Assembly: GCA_965263295.1 (NCBI GenBank)
Contig: OZ253665.1
Coordinates: forward strand, 1,376,001 to 1,440,000
Direction: 5' to 3'
DNA: 64,000 bases
Origin: Spirochaetia bacterium
Lineage (GTDB): Bacteria > Spirochaetota > Spirochaetia > SP-2023
Part shown: piece by piece, positions 21,869-31,177 of the stretch
Numbering within the stretch: position 1 is the stretch's first letter
Layout: every line of letters starts with the position of its first letter
Translations under genes and position numbers: made by a program
Notes under the pieces: generated by a model
Told to the model about the DNA's origin: nothing
The model's input: the letters and a program-made list of their open reading frames with translations, nothing else
The model's database searches: none

Positions 21869-23113
21869 CTAGCGCTGATAAGTGCTGGATTGGTTGTTCA
21901 ATGACGCCTTGGAAACTTTGCCACGCGCTTCCAAGGCCGCCAGGTAAGCCTGGTGGGCTGGTCGCAGCTGTTGTTCATAGGCAGAAGTGATCAACTGCCG
22001 AATCATGGCAATGGCAATATTCTGACTCTGCTCCTTCAGCAAGTACGTAGACCAGTGCTTGGGCGAACCATAAACCTTTTGAATCTCCGCGCGGCGCAAG
22101 GCGATCAGTTGCCGATCAACGCTAAACTCTGCTTGCACCTGAGCTCGTACTGCACCAGGAGCATGCACACAAAATTCCTGCATGTTTTCCTGTAAATCTT
22201 CCAACAACTGTATGCTCACTAGTTGCAGCAAGGCATCTTCGCGCAGGCGATGGCGCAGGCGCAAGCCGGCCCATTTCAAGCTTTGTCTCCCTCGGCCCCG
22301 TCTCTCTGAAGGGAGCCGCTGGAAGAATTGTTGTTGCGGCAATAGCAATTCTTCCAACAAGGAAGCTGCATATTGCCATTTGCCTTGTACCAATAGAGCA
22401 ATGGCATAAAATAGCTCCGCCCACTTATATTTATGAATATAGCTCAATGCCTGAAAGGCAGCAAACTCTCGGAGATTGCCAAAATACAATTCGCTACCCT
22501 CTCCGGGATCGTCGATCAAACAAGGCAACCCAAACTCAATGGCATATTCACACAAGCGCTTACGCGCCTGACGCGCCAAACGATAATTTTTAAGACTCTC
22601 TCGACAAGAACCCGAAAACAGGAGACGCTGCAAGGGAAATAAACGACTTATTTCTCCTTGCCTCCAATTCGCCGGGCAGCCATTGAAGTGGCCATTTAAA
22701 TAGCTACGCGAAACCTTATCCAGTAAGCTAGAGCGCGACTGCAGCTCTTCATAGAGTTCACGTAGCAGTTCCAAATCATTTAGCTGAATGGCCACTTCAA
22801 TGAAATAAAATATGTACTTTCTGCGATAGCAATTATGTTCAAATATCTTGCTGCGCAGGAGCTGAAGCAAACTGGACCAATCTCCCTGTTCCAGAGCGGA
22901 AAATATGGTCCAGTTAATGACAAAGTATATATTGATCGCTATAAAGCTCAGCAGTATTAAGCCGATAGTTATCGTATTATCTTCGAAGTATTCAGCAGCA
23001 CCATCGCCCAGCAAAAAAACAGGTAACGCTATGCAGAATGCCAAGGTCACGAGCAGGCTTAGGTTAAAGCCCAAGTATAATTTACGTAGAGTCAATGTTC
23101 CCCCCCAGGACAC
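21869..23113 (-). CDS. Hypothetical membrane protein with two N-terminal TM segments and a helical domain
   Basis: 414-aa ORF with two hydrophobic stretches followed by NW.IF..LE..DW..L. Confidence 0.7.
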   Translation of the reverse strand: MSWGGTLTLRKLYLGFNLSLLVTLAFCIALPVFLLGDGAAEYFEDNTITIGLILLSFIAINIYFVINWTIFSALEQGDWSSLLQLLRSKIFEHNCYRRKYIFYFIEVAIQLNDLELLRELYEELQSRSSLLDKVSRSYLNGHFNGCPANWRQGEISRLFPLQRLLFSGSCRESLKNYRLARQARKRLCEYAIEFGLPCLIDDPGEGSELYFGNLREFAAFQALSYIHKYKWAELFYAIALLVQGKWQYAASLLEELLLPQQQFFQRLPSERRGRGRQSLKWAGLRLRHRLREDALLQLVSIQLLEDLQENMQEFCVHAPGAVRAQVQAEFSVDRQLIALRRAEIQKVYGSPKHWSTYLLKEQSQNIAIAMIRQLITSAYEQQLRPAHQAYLAALEARGKVSKASLNNQSSTYQR

Positions 23114-23187
23114 ACCCTATAAATGGTCGTCGAACAGCACCGATTAGCTTGTTTTAAACTCTGCCAAGCAGTTTAGGAAATCACGGA

Positions 23188-24366
23188 ATGACTGACAATA
23201 CAAAAGTAGAACGAATTCCTCTTTTAAAAATTTCTGTCGCTCAGGAATTCAGTAGCGACCTGTTCTATGGCGATTTTCTAGTGCACCCAAAGGATGTACC
23301 AATTACCGAAGAAGACATGGAAGCCTTCCAACTCTGGAAGCTAGAGGAATTACAATTACAGAACAATACGACGGCATACGAAAGTGATCCAAACTTGATA
23401 AGCTTGGCCCTGAATGACAGCCTCAATATTATGCAGAAAGATATTGCAGATATACGGCAGGCTCAGGTTTTGTATGGGCAAATCTGTGATTTCGTCGCCA
23501 GCAACCATGAAATTGTGAACAAACAATCACGCTTTTCTCCCGGCGAACCCCAAAATACGATAAAACAGTTAATTGACTCGATTCGGAAAATGGGCTCTTC
23601 AATTCTGCGGTTTCAAGAGTTCCAAACAAAACGCCAATACATTGAAATCTATTCGACAAATTCTTTTATTCTGACAACCGCTTTAGCTAACGCAGCCAAA
23701 ATGCCACAACATCGACTCATGAACTTGGCCCTATCTTCATTGTTCCACGAAGTAGGTTTGGCCAAGTTTAACAGTCTCGTCAACCAGAATAGGCGTCTAA
23801 ACCCACAGGAATTTGAACTGCAGAAGGCTCATGTACAAGAGGCCGCCACATTGCTGCGACCCTATAATTTCCCGCCTGAAGTGCTTGAAGGCATCCTGCA
23901 GCATCACGAACGCCTCGACGGCTCCGGTTATCCCAATGGCATAGCTCAGGGAGAAATTTCAGATTTTGGTCGCTACTTAGGCTTGGTCAGTTCCTACGTC
24001 GCAATGACAAACAACCAGGCTTTTCGTAGATTGCAACTGGCCAATACGACAGCCATACTGGCTTTAATTAGAGAAGCAAAATCACACTATGACAATGATT
24101 TGGTCCGTCTTTTGGTTCAAGTCCTTTCTCTCTACCCTGTCGGTAGTTACGTGTTCTTGAGCAACGGCGCCATCGGCCGTGTGCTGCGCAACAACAATAA
24201 TGATCCACTCCTGCCAATTGTCCAAGTACTACTCACCTCAGACCATCAACTGATCAAAGAAAATACTGTCATTCAGACAAACGAAAAGCTACGCGTAATG
24301 CAGCCCATCGCCCACAAAAAAATTGCGCCACTGATTGCCAGATTACAAAAAGAGCACTCACTTTAA
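23188..24366 (+). CDS. HD-GYP domain protein (c-di-GMP phosphodiesterase-like) with HD changed to HE
   Basis: HHERLDGSGYP, SLYPVGS.V.LSNG..G.V; the HD position reads FHEVG. Confidence 0.85.
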   Translation: MTDNTKVERIPLLKISVAQEFSSDLFYGDFLVHPKDVPITEEDMEAFQLWKLEELQLQNNTTAYESDPNLISLALNDSLNIMQKDIADIRQAQVLYGQICDFVASNHEIVNKQSRFSPGEPQNTIKQLIDSIRKMGSSILRFQEFQTKRQYIEIYSTNSFILTTALANAAKMPQHRLMNLALSSLFHEVGLAKFNSLVNQNRRLNPQEFELQKAHVQEAATLLRPYNFPPEVLEGILQHHERLDGSGYPNGIAQGEISDFGRYLGLVSSYVAMTNNQAFRRLQLANTTAILALIREAKSHYDNDLVRLLVQVLSLYPVGSYVFLSNGAIGRVLRNNNNDPLLPIVQVLLTSDHQLIKENTVIQTNEKLRVMQPIAHKKIAPLIARLQKEHSL

Positions 24367-24420
24367 GTTTAGTGCGAGGGAGCTTGTGGCACACTGCAAG
24401 ATGGCCCCAAAATGCATTTT

Positions 24421-24493
24421 CTCCTCCGGAGGGACTTGAACCCCCGACAAAGTGGTTAACAGCCACCTGCTCTACCAACTGAGCTACAGAGGA
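24421..24493 (-). tRNA. tRNA-Asn (GTT)
   Basis: Minus strand TCCTCTGTAGCTCAGTTGGTAGAGCAGGTGGCTGTTAACCACTTTGTCGGGGGTTCAAGTCCCTCCGGAGGAG folds as a cloverleaf with anticodon GTT; CCA is not encoded. Confidence 0.97.
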
Positions 24494-24504
24494 AATTAAG
24501 CCGT

Positions 24505-24532
24505 ATTATGCTAGCTTCTCGGCATCTGTCAA
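24505..24532 (-). promoter_or_regulatory. Sigma-70-type promoter of tRNA-Asn
   Basis: Minus strand TTGACA-N16-CATAAT just upstream of the tRNA. Confidence 0.6.
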
Positions 24533-24620
24533 GCAAACAGCCAGAAATAGGTCGTTTTTTTATCGCTCCGGCAATATATCTGGGCTTTCCCCCAGTTGAT
24601 TGAATATTTTTTGCGGCCAG

Positions 24621-25820
24621 CTAAAATCGGCAGCTCTGATTTGCACCATATTCCAAACGCAAATAAGGGTAATGCCGGCGGACCGTGTTGTCCTCATCGA
24701 GAAGTTGCAACAGATTGGGCACAAAATCCCCCTGCAATTTCTGCGAGCTGGAACGGCCTGGCTCCAGACTGGCCTCGGATTGGCCTCGGACGGGAGTTGG
24801 GTCCGGCTGCGCTTGCGCTTGCAGCCGCTCTCGCCCCTTTCGGCCACCCAGCCAGGCATCCAGGTACGATTCCCAATATGCAAAATGGTCGTTGACACGA
24901 AAGCTGAGTAGCGCCCGCCCCAAGGAGTCAAAGCGCAGCCGTGACTCTGCCCCTGGAGCCAGGCCAATTTCCAGCTCGCCCAAGTATTGGAAGGGCGCAT
25001 CCGAATCGGGCAAAAACACCGGCAAGTTCCACAACTCAAGATGACTTTGAGCGCCGGCAGGCGTAACCCCCACCATCAACATGTAATTCAGGAATTGCGG
25101 ACCCGACCGCGCGCGCTGTAGAGGCACAAACGGGCGATTTGTCCATTTGTCCGAGCTCTTTCCAGGCCGTCGTCTCTGTCGCAGCCGGCCGGATTCATCG
25201 ACAACCCGCGGTAGTTCCTCCAGGTGCTCCCGTCGATACATGGCCTCTTGCGAGAACGTGGCAGCGACTCCAGAGCCAGCCAAGCGCTGGCGGATATCGC
25301 GCTGCAGCTCTTCAATCAATTCGGCCTCGCGCCGACCGATGACGTAATTACGTGGCGCCAGCGCGGTGATGATCGGGAAGCCGCCATAGAAATCCGTCTT
25401 GCGATAGCCTCCTAAAATGGCAACCCCTTGCGGCAAAAATAGCTTTAAATCGCTGCTGCGCCTCAACTGGTGCAAGTTGGGCAAGTCCCAGCTCTCGACG
25501 GGGGTATAACTTTGCGGGTCTCGACTAAAATATACCGTCCAGGACTCCGCAGAATTATAATCGCAAGCTCTCTGGGCAAAGAAACGCAACAGAGGCGGTG
25601 AGAAACGAATGTGCAAAGCGTAGTAACGATAGCCGGGCCGAGGCGAACCGCGCGCCACCTGCTCGCGGAATGGGTCAGTATAGCAAGCGGCACACCAGAG
25701 GGCGATAACGAGGCCCCCAAAACACAAGCGGAACGCCCTAGCCTCAGGCCCATATCGTCTTCCCATATCATCGATATACGCAGCAAACCACAAAGCGCGC
25801 CCAGAGCGCCCTCCCCCCAA
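24621..25820 (-). CDS. Hypothetical protein, possible lipoprotein (start may be ATG 25766)
   Basis: 399-aa ORF 15 nt after gpgS; hydrophobic segment ending in LVIALWCAAC. Confidence 0.6.
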   Translation of the reverse strand: MGGGRSGRALWFAAYIDDMGRRYGPEARAFRLCFGGLVIALWCAACYTDPFREQVARGSPRPGYRYYALHIRFSPPLLRFFAQRACDYNSAESWTVYFSRDPQSYTPVESWDLPNLHQLRRSSDLKLFLPQGVAILGGYRKTDFYGGFPIITALAPRNYVIGRREAELIEELQRDIRQRLAGSGVAATFSQEAMYRREHLEELPRVVDESGRLRQRRRPGKSSDKWTNRPFVPLQRARSGPQFLNYMLMVGVTPAGAQSHLELWNLPVFLPDSDAPFQYLGELEIGLAPGAESRLRFDSLGRALLSFRVNDHFAYWESYLDAWLGGRKGRERLQAQAQPDPTPVRGQSEASLEPGRSSSQKLQGDFVPNLLQLLDEDNTVRRHYPYLRLEYGANQSCRF

Positions 25821-25835
25821 GAACAGGGAGTTGAG

Positions 25836-26837
25836 CTAGCGCGGGAATTTCTCCAAATATTCTGGAAGTTCAATCATCGGCGGGCGCTCGTCTTCCAGCA
25901 TGGTTTTCGCCAGCATCTGGAACTGCTGTTCGTGCACCTGCACGCGCCGGAAAACGGTCAGCAAGTCTTCCTTGGTCTGCAGGATGCCAAAACGCTTCAG
26001 GCGCGAAAAGAAAGTCTGCAAAATACCAAAGGACATACGACTCAGAGCCGTGATCGGCTGGTTGCGATGCACGCGCTGATCGAGGTCTGTCTGGGCAAAG
26101 GCGTCAATGCCGTGCGTATGCAGCACATCCAGCAGATGCGAAGTCTCGACACCGTAACCGATGGGAAAAGAGATGCTCTCAAGAACCTCGCGGCGCACCG
26201 CATATTCGCCTGAGAGCGGCTGGACTATCGCGCTGAGTTCGGGGAAGAACAGCGAGAAGAGCGGACGAATCAGTATTTCCGTCACGCGGCCGCCGCCAGA
26301 AGCCCGAATCCCACCTGAGTACGTGATTGGCCGGTCGTAAAACGCCTTCACATATTTTACCTCGTCGCGCTCAATCAAGGGACCGACCAAGCCGTACACA
26401 AAACGCGGATGGATGTTCTCGATATCGGCATCGACGTAAACAATAATATCGCCCTGAATCTGGTAGATGGCTTTCCACAGGTTTTCGCCCTTGCCCCTTT
26501 TCTGTTCCAGCTCCGGCAAAATTTCGCTAGCCAGATAAGTATCCGCCCCAAAAGACCGAGCGACCTCAAGGGTGCGGTCTTCAGAGCCCGAATCAATTAC
26601 GGCAAACTCATCAATCAGGGGATAGCGCTTCATCAACTCTGAAACAAAGATAACGACTTCTTTGCCAATTGTCTTTTCTTCATTCAAAGTTGGGATGCAC
26701 AGCGATATTTTTAATCCCTTTTTTTCTTTGATTTCAACCAGACGGCCAATATCGCTAAACGCAGAATGATGGTAAGTATTTTCCTCTAACCACCGTTCCG
26801 TCCTATCCGAATTATTTACCAGAAATTCATCTTTCAT
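25836..26837 (-). CDS. gpgS: Glucosyl-3-phosphoglycerate synthase
   Basis: ISLCIPTLNEE.TIG, IDSGSEDRT, GKGENLWK, YVDAD, VKAFYDRP, GGGRVTE, QPLSGEYA, GYGVE, R.HRNQ...LSRM. Confidence 0.9.
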   Translation of the reverse strand: MKDEFLVNNSDRTERWLEENTYHHSAFSDIGRLVEIKEKKGLKISLCIPTLNEEKTIGKEVVIFVSELMKRYPLIDEFAVIDSGSEDRTLEVARSFGADTYLASEILPELEQKRGKGENLWKAIYQIQGDIIVYVDADIENIHPRFVYGLVGPLIERDEVKYVKAFYDRPITYSGGIRASGGGRVTEILIRPLFSLFFPELSAIVQPLSGEYAVRREVLESISFPIGYGVETSHLLDVLHTHGIDAFAQTDLDQRVHRNQPITALSRMSFGILQTFFSRLKRFGILQTKEDLLTVFRRVQVHEQQFQMLAKTMLEDERPPMIELPEYLEKFPR

Positions 26838-26856
26838 ATCAGGCTCCGTCTATAAA

Positions 26857-28008
26857 TCATGCGGCGTTTTTGTCGGTTTGCAGCAGTAGCAGTAGCAGCT
26901 GGCAGACACCCTTTTCTAAGAGGTCCAGATACACGGCCTCATCACTGCTATCGGTATTATCGCCACGTGTCAAACCAATAGTTACAGCCGGAATATTGCG
27001 CGCAATCAGAGCGGCCAGCTCCGAACGACTGGGATAAATTTGCGGCTGTACACCCAGGGCCTCCAGAATACCGCGCGTGTTGCGCACTAACGGCGATCGG
27101 TATGGGATACCGCCGGGCATACGCACCGAAAGCCGCTGGAAAAGAATCTCGGCATCAGCCTGCGAACTGTACTCATCGGCCAGGTCACTGATATAGGCCG
27201 ACAGCTCCTGGATAATGGAGCTGTCTTCACCGCGAATTTCAAGGTTCAGATTGCCCTCGGTAGCCGTGCGATTAAAGGCATGCCCCGCCCGAATTGAAGT
27301 CAGAGAGATCACAGTCTTGGGTTTGGAGGGTAGTGGATAAGCCAACAAGGCATTGATAATCTGTGTCAAATAATAAAGGGCTCCGGCATCTTCGTTGTTA
27401 ATGCGATCAGTCCGGCTTTTATAACTAATACGGCCGCGCAACACGCCGTGGCAGGTGTGACTGATACGGCCCAATTCCAGACTTTCAAGACAGATACCGT
27501 GATCAATACTACGCTTGCCTCGATCTAAAAAGAACTTTAACCCTGCCAAGTCTCCGGACCCCAAACTGCGAGTGGACCCCATAAAAATAATATTGGCGTT
27601 AGGCCGATAGGCTAGCTTCTCGAAAAACAGCGGCAAAGCGGCATTGACGGCGCAACCTAAACCATTGTCCGCCACTCCGATGCCGCCGATCAAATGAGGT
27701 TGAATGTTGACCCGGTGGTCATAGGTATCCGCGAAGTGAGTATCTAGGTGCGAAACTACTAAAATATTTTTGTCAGGATTGTTACCCTGCAATATACCGA
27801 CCCCATTGTGCAGCTCATCCATGTTGCATTGCATTAGATTGTTGGCCGCATTTAGACGCTCGCAAAAAATCTTGCTGCGCCGAGCCTCGGCAAAAGTTGG
27901 CGCCGGCTGCTCATTAATCATGACCAGGTTGGTCAATATTAACTCTTGTAACTCTTTGTAGACAGATTCAATGCGCGGTAACCACTCGGCAAAAAGTTCT
28001 CGGTCCAT
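26857..28008 (-). CDS. M20/M28 peptidase-fold protein with a degenerate active site
   Basis: PAPTF.E..R, SHLDT, G.GVADNGLG, dimerization domain (GHAFN, LEIRG), IPAVTIGLT.G; the EE motif position reads RS. Confidence 0.75.
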   Translation of the reverse strand: MDRELFAEWLPRIESVYKELQELILTNLVMINEQPAPTFAEARRSKIFCERLNAANNLMQCNMDELHNGVGILQGNNPDKNILVVSHLDTHFADTYDHRVNIQPHLIGGIGVADNGLGCAVNAALPLFFEKLAYRPNANIIFMGSTRSLGSGDLAGLKFFLDRGKRSIDHGICLESLELGRISHTCHGVLRGRISYKSRTDRINNEDAGALYYLTQIINALLAYPLPSKPKTVISLTSIRAGHAFNRTATEGNLNLEIRGEDSSIIQELSAYISDLADEYSSQADAEILFQRLSVRMPGGIPYRSPLVRNTRGILEALGVQPQIYPSRSELAALIARNIPAVTIGLTRGDNTDSSDEAVYLDLLEKGVCQLLLLLLQTDKNAA

Positions 28009-28036
28009 GTCAATTCCTACTTCATCTTAAATTGCT

Positions 28037-28918
28037 CTAGCGATGGACTCGCAGAGCCTGCAGAATCTGCGGCTGCTTACTTCCATAGTGGAACGCCGAC
28101 CAGCCCACATCGTCTCGAACATCCGGGTCCGCGCCACGCTGCAATAAAAGCTGCAACGTCACTAACTGACCATGCCATGCGGCTTCAATTAAAGGCGTCT
28201 GTCCATAAATATCCCGAACTTCGATATCGGCACCGTAGTCCAGCAGTAAAGCGACATTGCGCTTGCGCCCATTGGCCGCCGCCAAATGCAAGGCCGTCTG
28301 TCCCTGCCCGTTGCGCAAATTCACGGCTACATCCGCTTGTAGCAGCAGCTCGACAGCGTACGGAAAGCCATTTGAAGCCGCTGCCATCAGAGGGCTGAAG
28401 CCAAAATCATCCTGGGCATTGACATCAGCTCCGCGACTCTGCAATAATTTCAGAATAGTCTGCTTGCCCGTAAAAGCTGCCGCCATAATTGGCTGATAGC
28501 CAAAGTGGTCACCTTGATTGGGGTCAGCCCCCTTGTCTAACAATAACTTGGCTGTTTCAAAGTAACCGGCAAAGGCAGCCATAATCAGCGGAGTATAACC
28601 CAAGGAATCGCGGCAGTTTGGATCGACATCGCCATCCAGCAGTTTTTTTACCTGCCTCAGAGCGCCCCGTTCAGCAGCTTCTAACAGGCTGCCAGTCCGC
28701 CCTCTCGCCGCGGGAACACACAGGGGCTGGAGTTCTACTACCTCAGCTGGGCGAAACAATTTGTCATTCAGATGCGTTGACGCAGAACGACGGGCCAAGC
28801 TCTGCTCCTCTATGAGGAACTGTCCCAACAAAGCGACAGGCTGTATGGCTAAAAAAATTGAGCCTAGAATTAGAGGACCAGAAATCCATTTAAGCATTTG
28901 ATTCCCCAATTTATACAA
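28037..28918 (-). CDS. Ankyrin-repeat protein with signal peptide (about 6-7 repeats)
   Basis: Repeats of G.TPL..AA..G......LLL..GAD.N..D; hydrophobic N-terminus; AAGGA RBS before a TTG start. Confidence 0.93.
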   Translation of the reverse strand: MYKLGNQMLKWISGPLILGSIFLAIQPVALLGQFLIEEQSLARRSASTHLNDKLFRPAEVVELQPLCVPAARGRTGSLLEAAERGALRQVKKLLDGDVDPNCRDSLGYTPLIMAAFAGYFETAKLLLDKGADPNQGDHFGYQPIMAAAFTGKQTILKLLQSRGADVNAQDDFGFSPLMAAASNGFPYAVELLLQADVAVNLRNGQGQTALHLAAANGRKRNVALLLDYGADIEVRDIYGQTPLIEAAWHGQLVTLQLLLQRGADPDVRDDVGWSAFHYGSKQPQILQALRVHR

Positions 28919-29080
28919 ACGTCTATTCCTTTAAAGCGGGCAAAGCGAGAACATGGCAGATTCTAATTAAATCAAAGTGCCAGATGAGCCGCACTAATTA
29001 TCGTTATTTTTAATCCTGGCATTAGCCCACATTTTGCCGGCTCTGGAATCTAGAGTCTAGATGACCCATTTAAATTTTAC

Positions 29081-29109
29081 TTGCCAGAACTGAAAAGCTA
29101 GCTTACAAT
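29081..29109 (+). promoter_or_regulatory. Sigma-70 promoter predicting a leaderless transcript
   Basis: TTGCCA-N17-TACAAT, then 7 nt to the ATG at 29117; no SD. Confidence 0.65.
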
Positions 29110-29116
29110 AATTTCC

Positions 29117-29947
29117 ATGCTCAATCGTATAAAATGTCTCAATCATCAATTGCGTCTGGTTGATAATGTATTCCCTTTCCGACCCTCAGCGCAAACCCCA
29201 GACAAGGCACAATCTCAGGGAGGAGACTTCGAAAGTTTCAAGGGCAGGCAAAGCGATAAAACGGCGAGATTCGGGTCTAAGGCTAAAATTCTTTGTATAT
29301 CCGACGATGTCGATCCCCTTGTGTATTCTAGCGGCATTCAGCAACGTTTTGAGCACATTGATATGGTCCTGAGCGCCGGAGATCTAAACTTCGGCTATTA
29401 TAATTATATCGTCAGCATGCTGAACAAGCCTCTCTACTTTGTATTTGGCAATCATAACCTTAAGCACCTGGCACACTATCGCAAATCCATGCAAAATGCA
29501 ATGTGCAGCAACTTTGCCGAACGACCTCGCCGGCCTTCAGGCGGCGGTACTTATATTGGGGATAGAATAGTATATTTAAAAAAATATCAATTAATAGTTG
29601 CCGGTTTAGGGGGCTGCAAACGTTACAACAACGATCCCAACCAGTTCAGTGAATGTCAAATGTTGGCAAAGATACTGCGACTATTGCCGCGCATGCTCTG
29701 GAACCGGATTTTTCGCGGACGCTATTTAGACATCCTGCTGACTCACGCCGCTCCGCTTGGCATCAATGATCGCAACGATCCCTGCCATAGAGGTTTCAAA
29801 GTTTTCCTCTGGTTTATGAAAACCTTTAAGCCTAGTTATTTGCTACACGGCCACATCCACCTGTATGACATCAACAGTCCGCGCCAAGCTGAATGTGGAG
29901 ATACCAAGATTATCAATGTCTATAGCCGTTATGAGCTCGAAATATAG
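29117..29947 (+). CDS. Calcineurin-like metallophosphoesterase
   Basis: ISDD, SAGDL, VFGNH, LLTHA.P, LHGHIH motifs. Confidence 0.88.
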   Translation: MLNRIKCLNHQLRLVDNVFPFRPSAQTPDKAQSQGGDFESFKGRQSDKTARFGSKAKILCISDDVDPLVYSSGIQQRFEHIDMVLSAGDLNFGYYNYIVSMLNKPLYFVFGNHNLKHLAHYRKSMQNAMCSNFAERPRRPSGGGTYIGDRIVYLKKYQLIVAGLGGCKRYNNDPNQFSECQMLAKILRLLPRMLWNRIFRGRYLDILLTHAAPLGINDRNDPCHRGFKVFLWFMKTFKPSYLLHGHIHLYDINSPRQAECGDTKIINVYSRYELEI

Positions 29948-30063
29948 CCATAAAAACGCATTGTTTTTCCTCCGTACAGTTTAGCCAGTGCAAAAAATGG
30001 CAAAAACTACAAACGTATTCTAAATGTGCCAACTTAGCAGCCTTCCTCATCTCTGGAGCGTAT

Positions 30064-30581
30064 ATGACCGTTTTAGAAAGTTCCCGTTTGACCTGCATTC
30101 CGCTCAAGGAAGAACATGCGGAAGCGATGTTCGGTGTTCTTCAGGATGCAAATCTGTATTGTCATATAGATGATCGGCCGCCGGCATCCATAGACGCCTT
30201 GCGGCGCCGCTACCGATCTCTCGCGAGAGGTCGCAGCAAAGACAGTTCGGAGACATGGCTGAACTGGATCATATTCCTCAAACATTCAAATGAAGCCATA
30301 GGCTATTATCAGGCGACGGTCAAAGCCGACATGCGTTGATTGCCTACGTTATCAATTCCCAATTCTGGCAGCGTGGTTTTGCCGAGGAAGCGGGCAAATC
30401 GGTATTGCGGCATCTGTTCGACAGATTTGCAATTGGCGAAATCAGGGCCGAAATCAACGAAGGCAACGACGCTTCCATCAAGCTCGCCAGCCGGCTCGGA
30501 TTTTCCTTCAAAAAACGCAATGAAAATGAGATTGTATTTTCATTGTCCCGAAAACGATATAAGCCCGATATAAGCCATTAA
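30064..30581 (+). pseudogene. RimJ/RimL-type GNAT acetyltransferase split by a 1-bp frameshift near 30330
   Basis: First ORF has LESSRL..IPL...HAEAMF and WLNW...IGY.QATV; second ORF has IAYVI...FWQRGFA.EA and N.ASIKL..RLGF. Adding one C restores KAD-HALIAY. Confidence 0.8.
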
Positions 30582-30627
30582 AATTTGCATGAGAATCTGA
30601 TGCTAAGCCCTAGAATATCAAATACAA

Positions 30628-31155
30628 CTAACGGTAATCATGTAAAAATAGCTCGGAAATAATAATATCTTTGACTCGGGCTTTGTCTTTGGGATCCGGG
30701 GATATGATTTTATTAACCAAGTCCAGGATGTCTTTTTCTATTGCAGAGTAGTTACTTAAGTCTCCCAGATAAATTTTAGTCTTAGCCGCAATACTTTGGC
30801 GAACTTCTCCGGCAATCTTAACGCCGTATTTGTTGAGTTTTTCCAAAGTTTTTACATCGCCAACTTCATAACCTAGTTCAATTTGAAGATTAAATATCAA
30901 GTTTTCCGGATCATTGGTAACCCCGCTCATCTTCGGGATTTTATTGTAATACTGGTAAATTGGAATTTCTTTGTCTAATTTACCCGAAGCTCCCTGACTT
31001 TGCATTTTAATTATTTGCTCTGCGGCAGACTGAGCTGCAGAATTGTAACGCCTGCAGCTCAAAAGTGACAAAAGCAATCCGGTAGCCCAGGCCACTTGAA
31101 AAAGCGTTATCCCCAAACGACTGGAGTCCAGTTGGCCGTGCCTGAATTTTGCCAT
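30628..31155 (-). CDS. fliL: FliL-family flagellar basal body-associated protein
   Basis: AAGGAG RBS before ATG 31155; one hydrophobic segment; IELGY, L.K....I...VR, IEKDILDLVNKI, VKDIIISE pattern. Confidence 0.7.
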   Translation of the reverse strand: MAKFRHGQLDSSRLGITLFQVAWATGLLLSLLSCRRYNSAAQSAAEQIIKMQSQGASGKLDKEIPIYQYYNKIPKMSGVTNDPENLIFNLQIELGYEVGDVKTLEKLNKYGVKIAGEVRQSIAAKTKIYLGDLSNYSAIEKDILDLVNKIISPDPKDKARVKDIIISELFLHDYR

Positions 31156-31177
31156 AGTCTCTCCTTTATTCCTATCT

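Noticed and set aside
24421..24493. tRNA-Asn as an integration site
   Set aside because: No integrase and no duplicated tRNA 3' end seen in the window.
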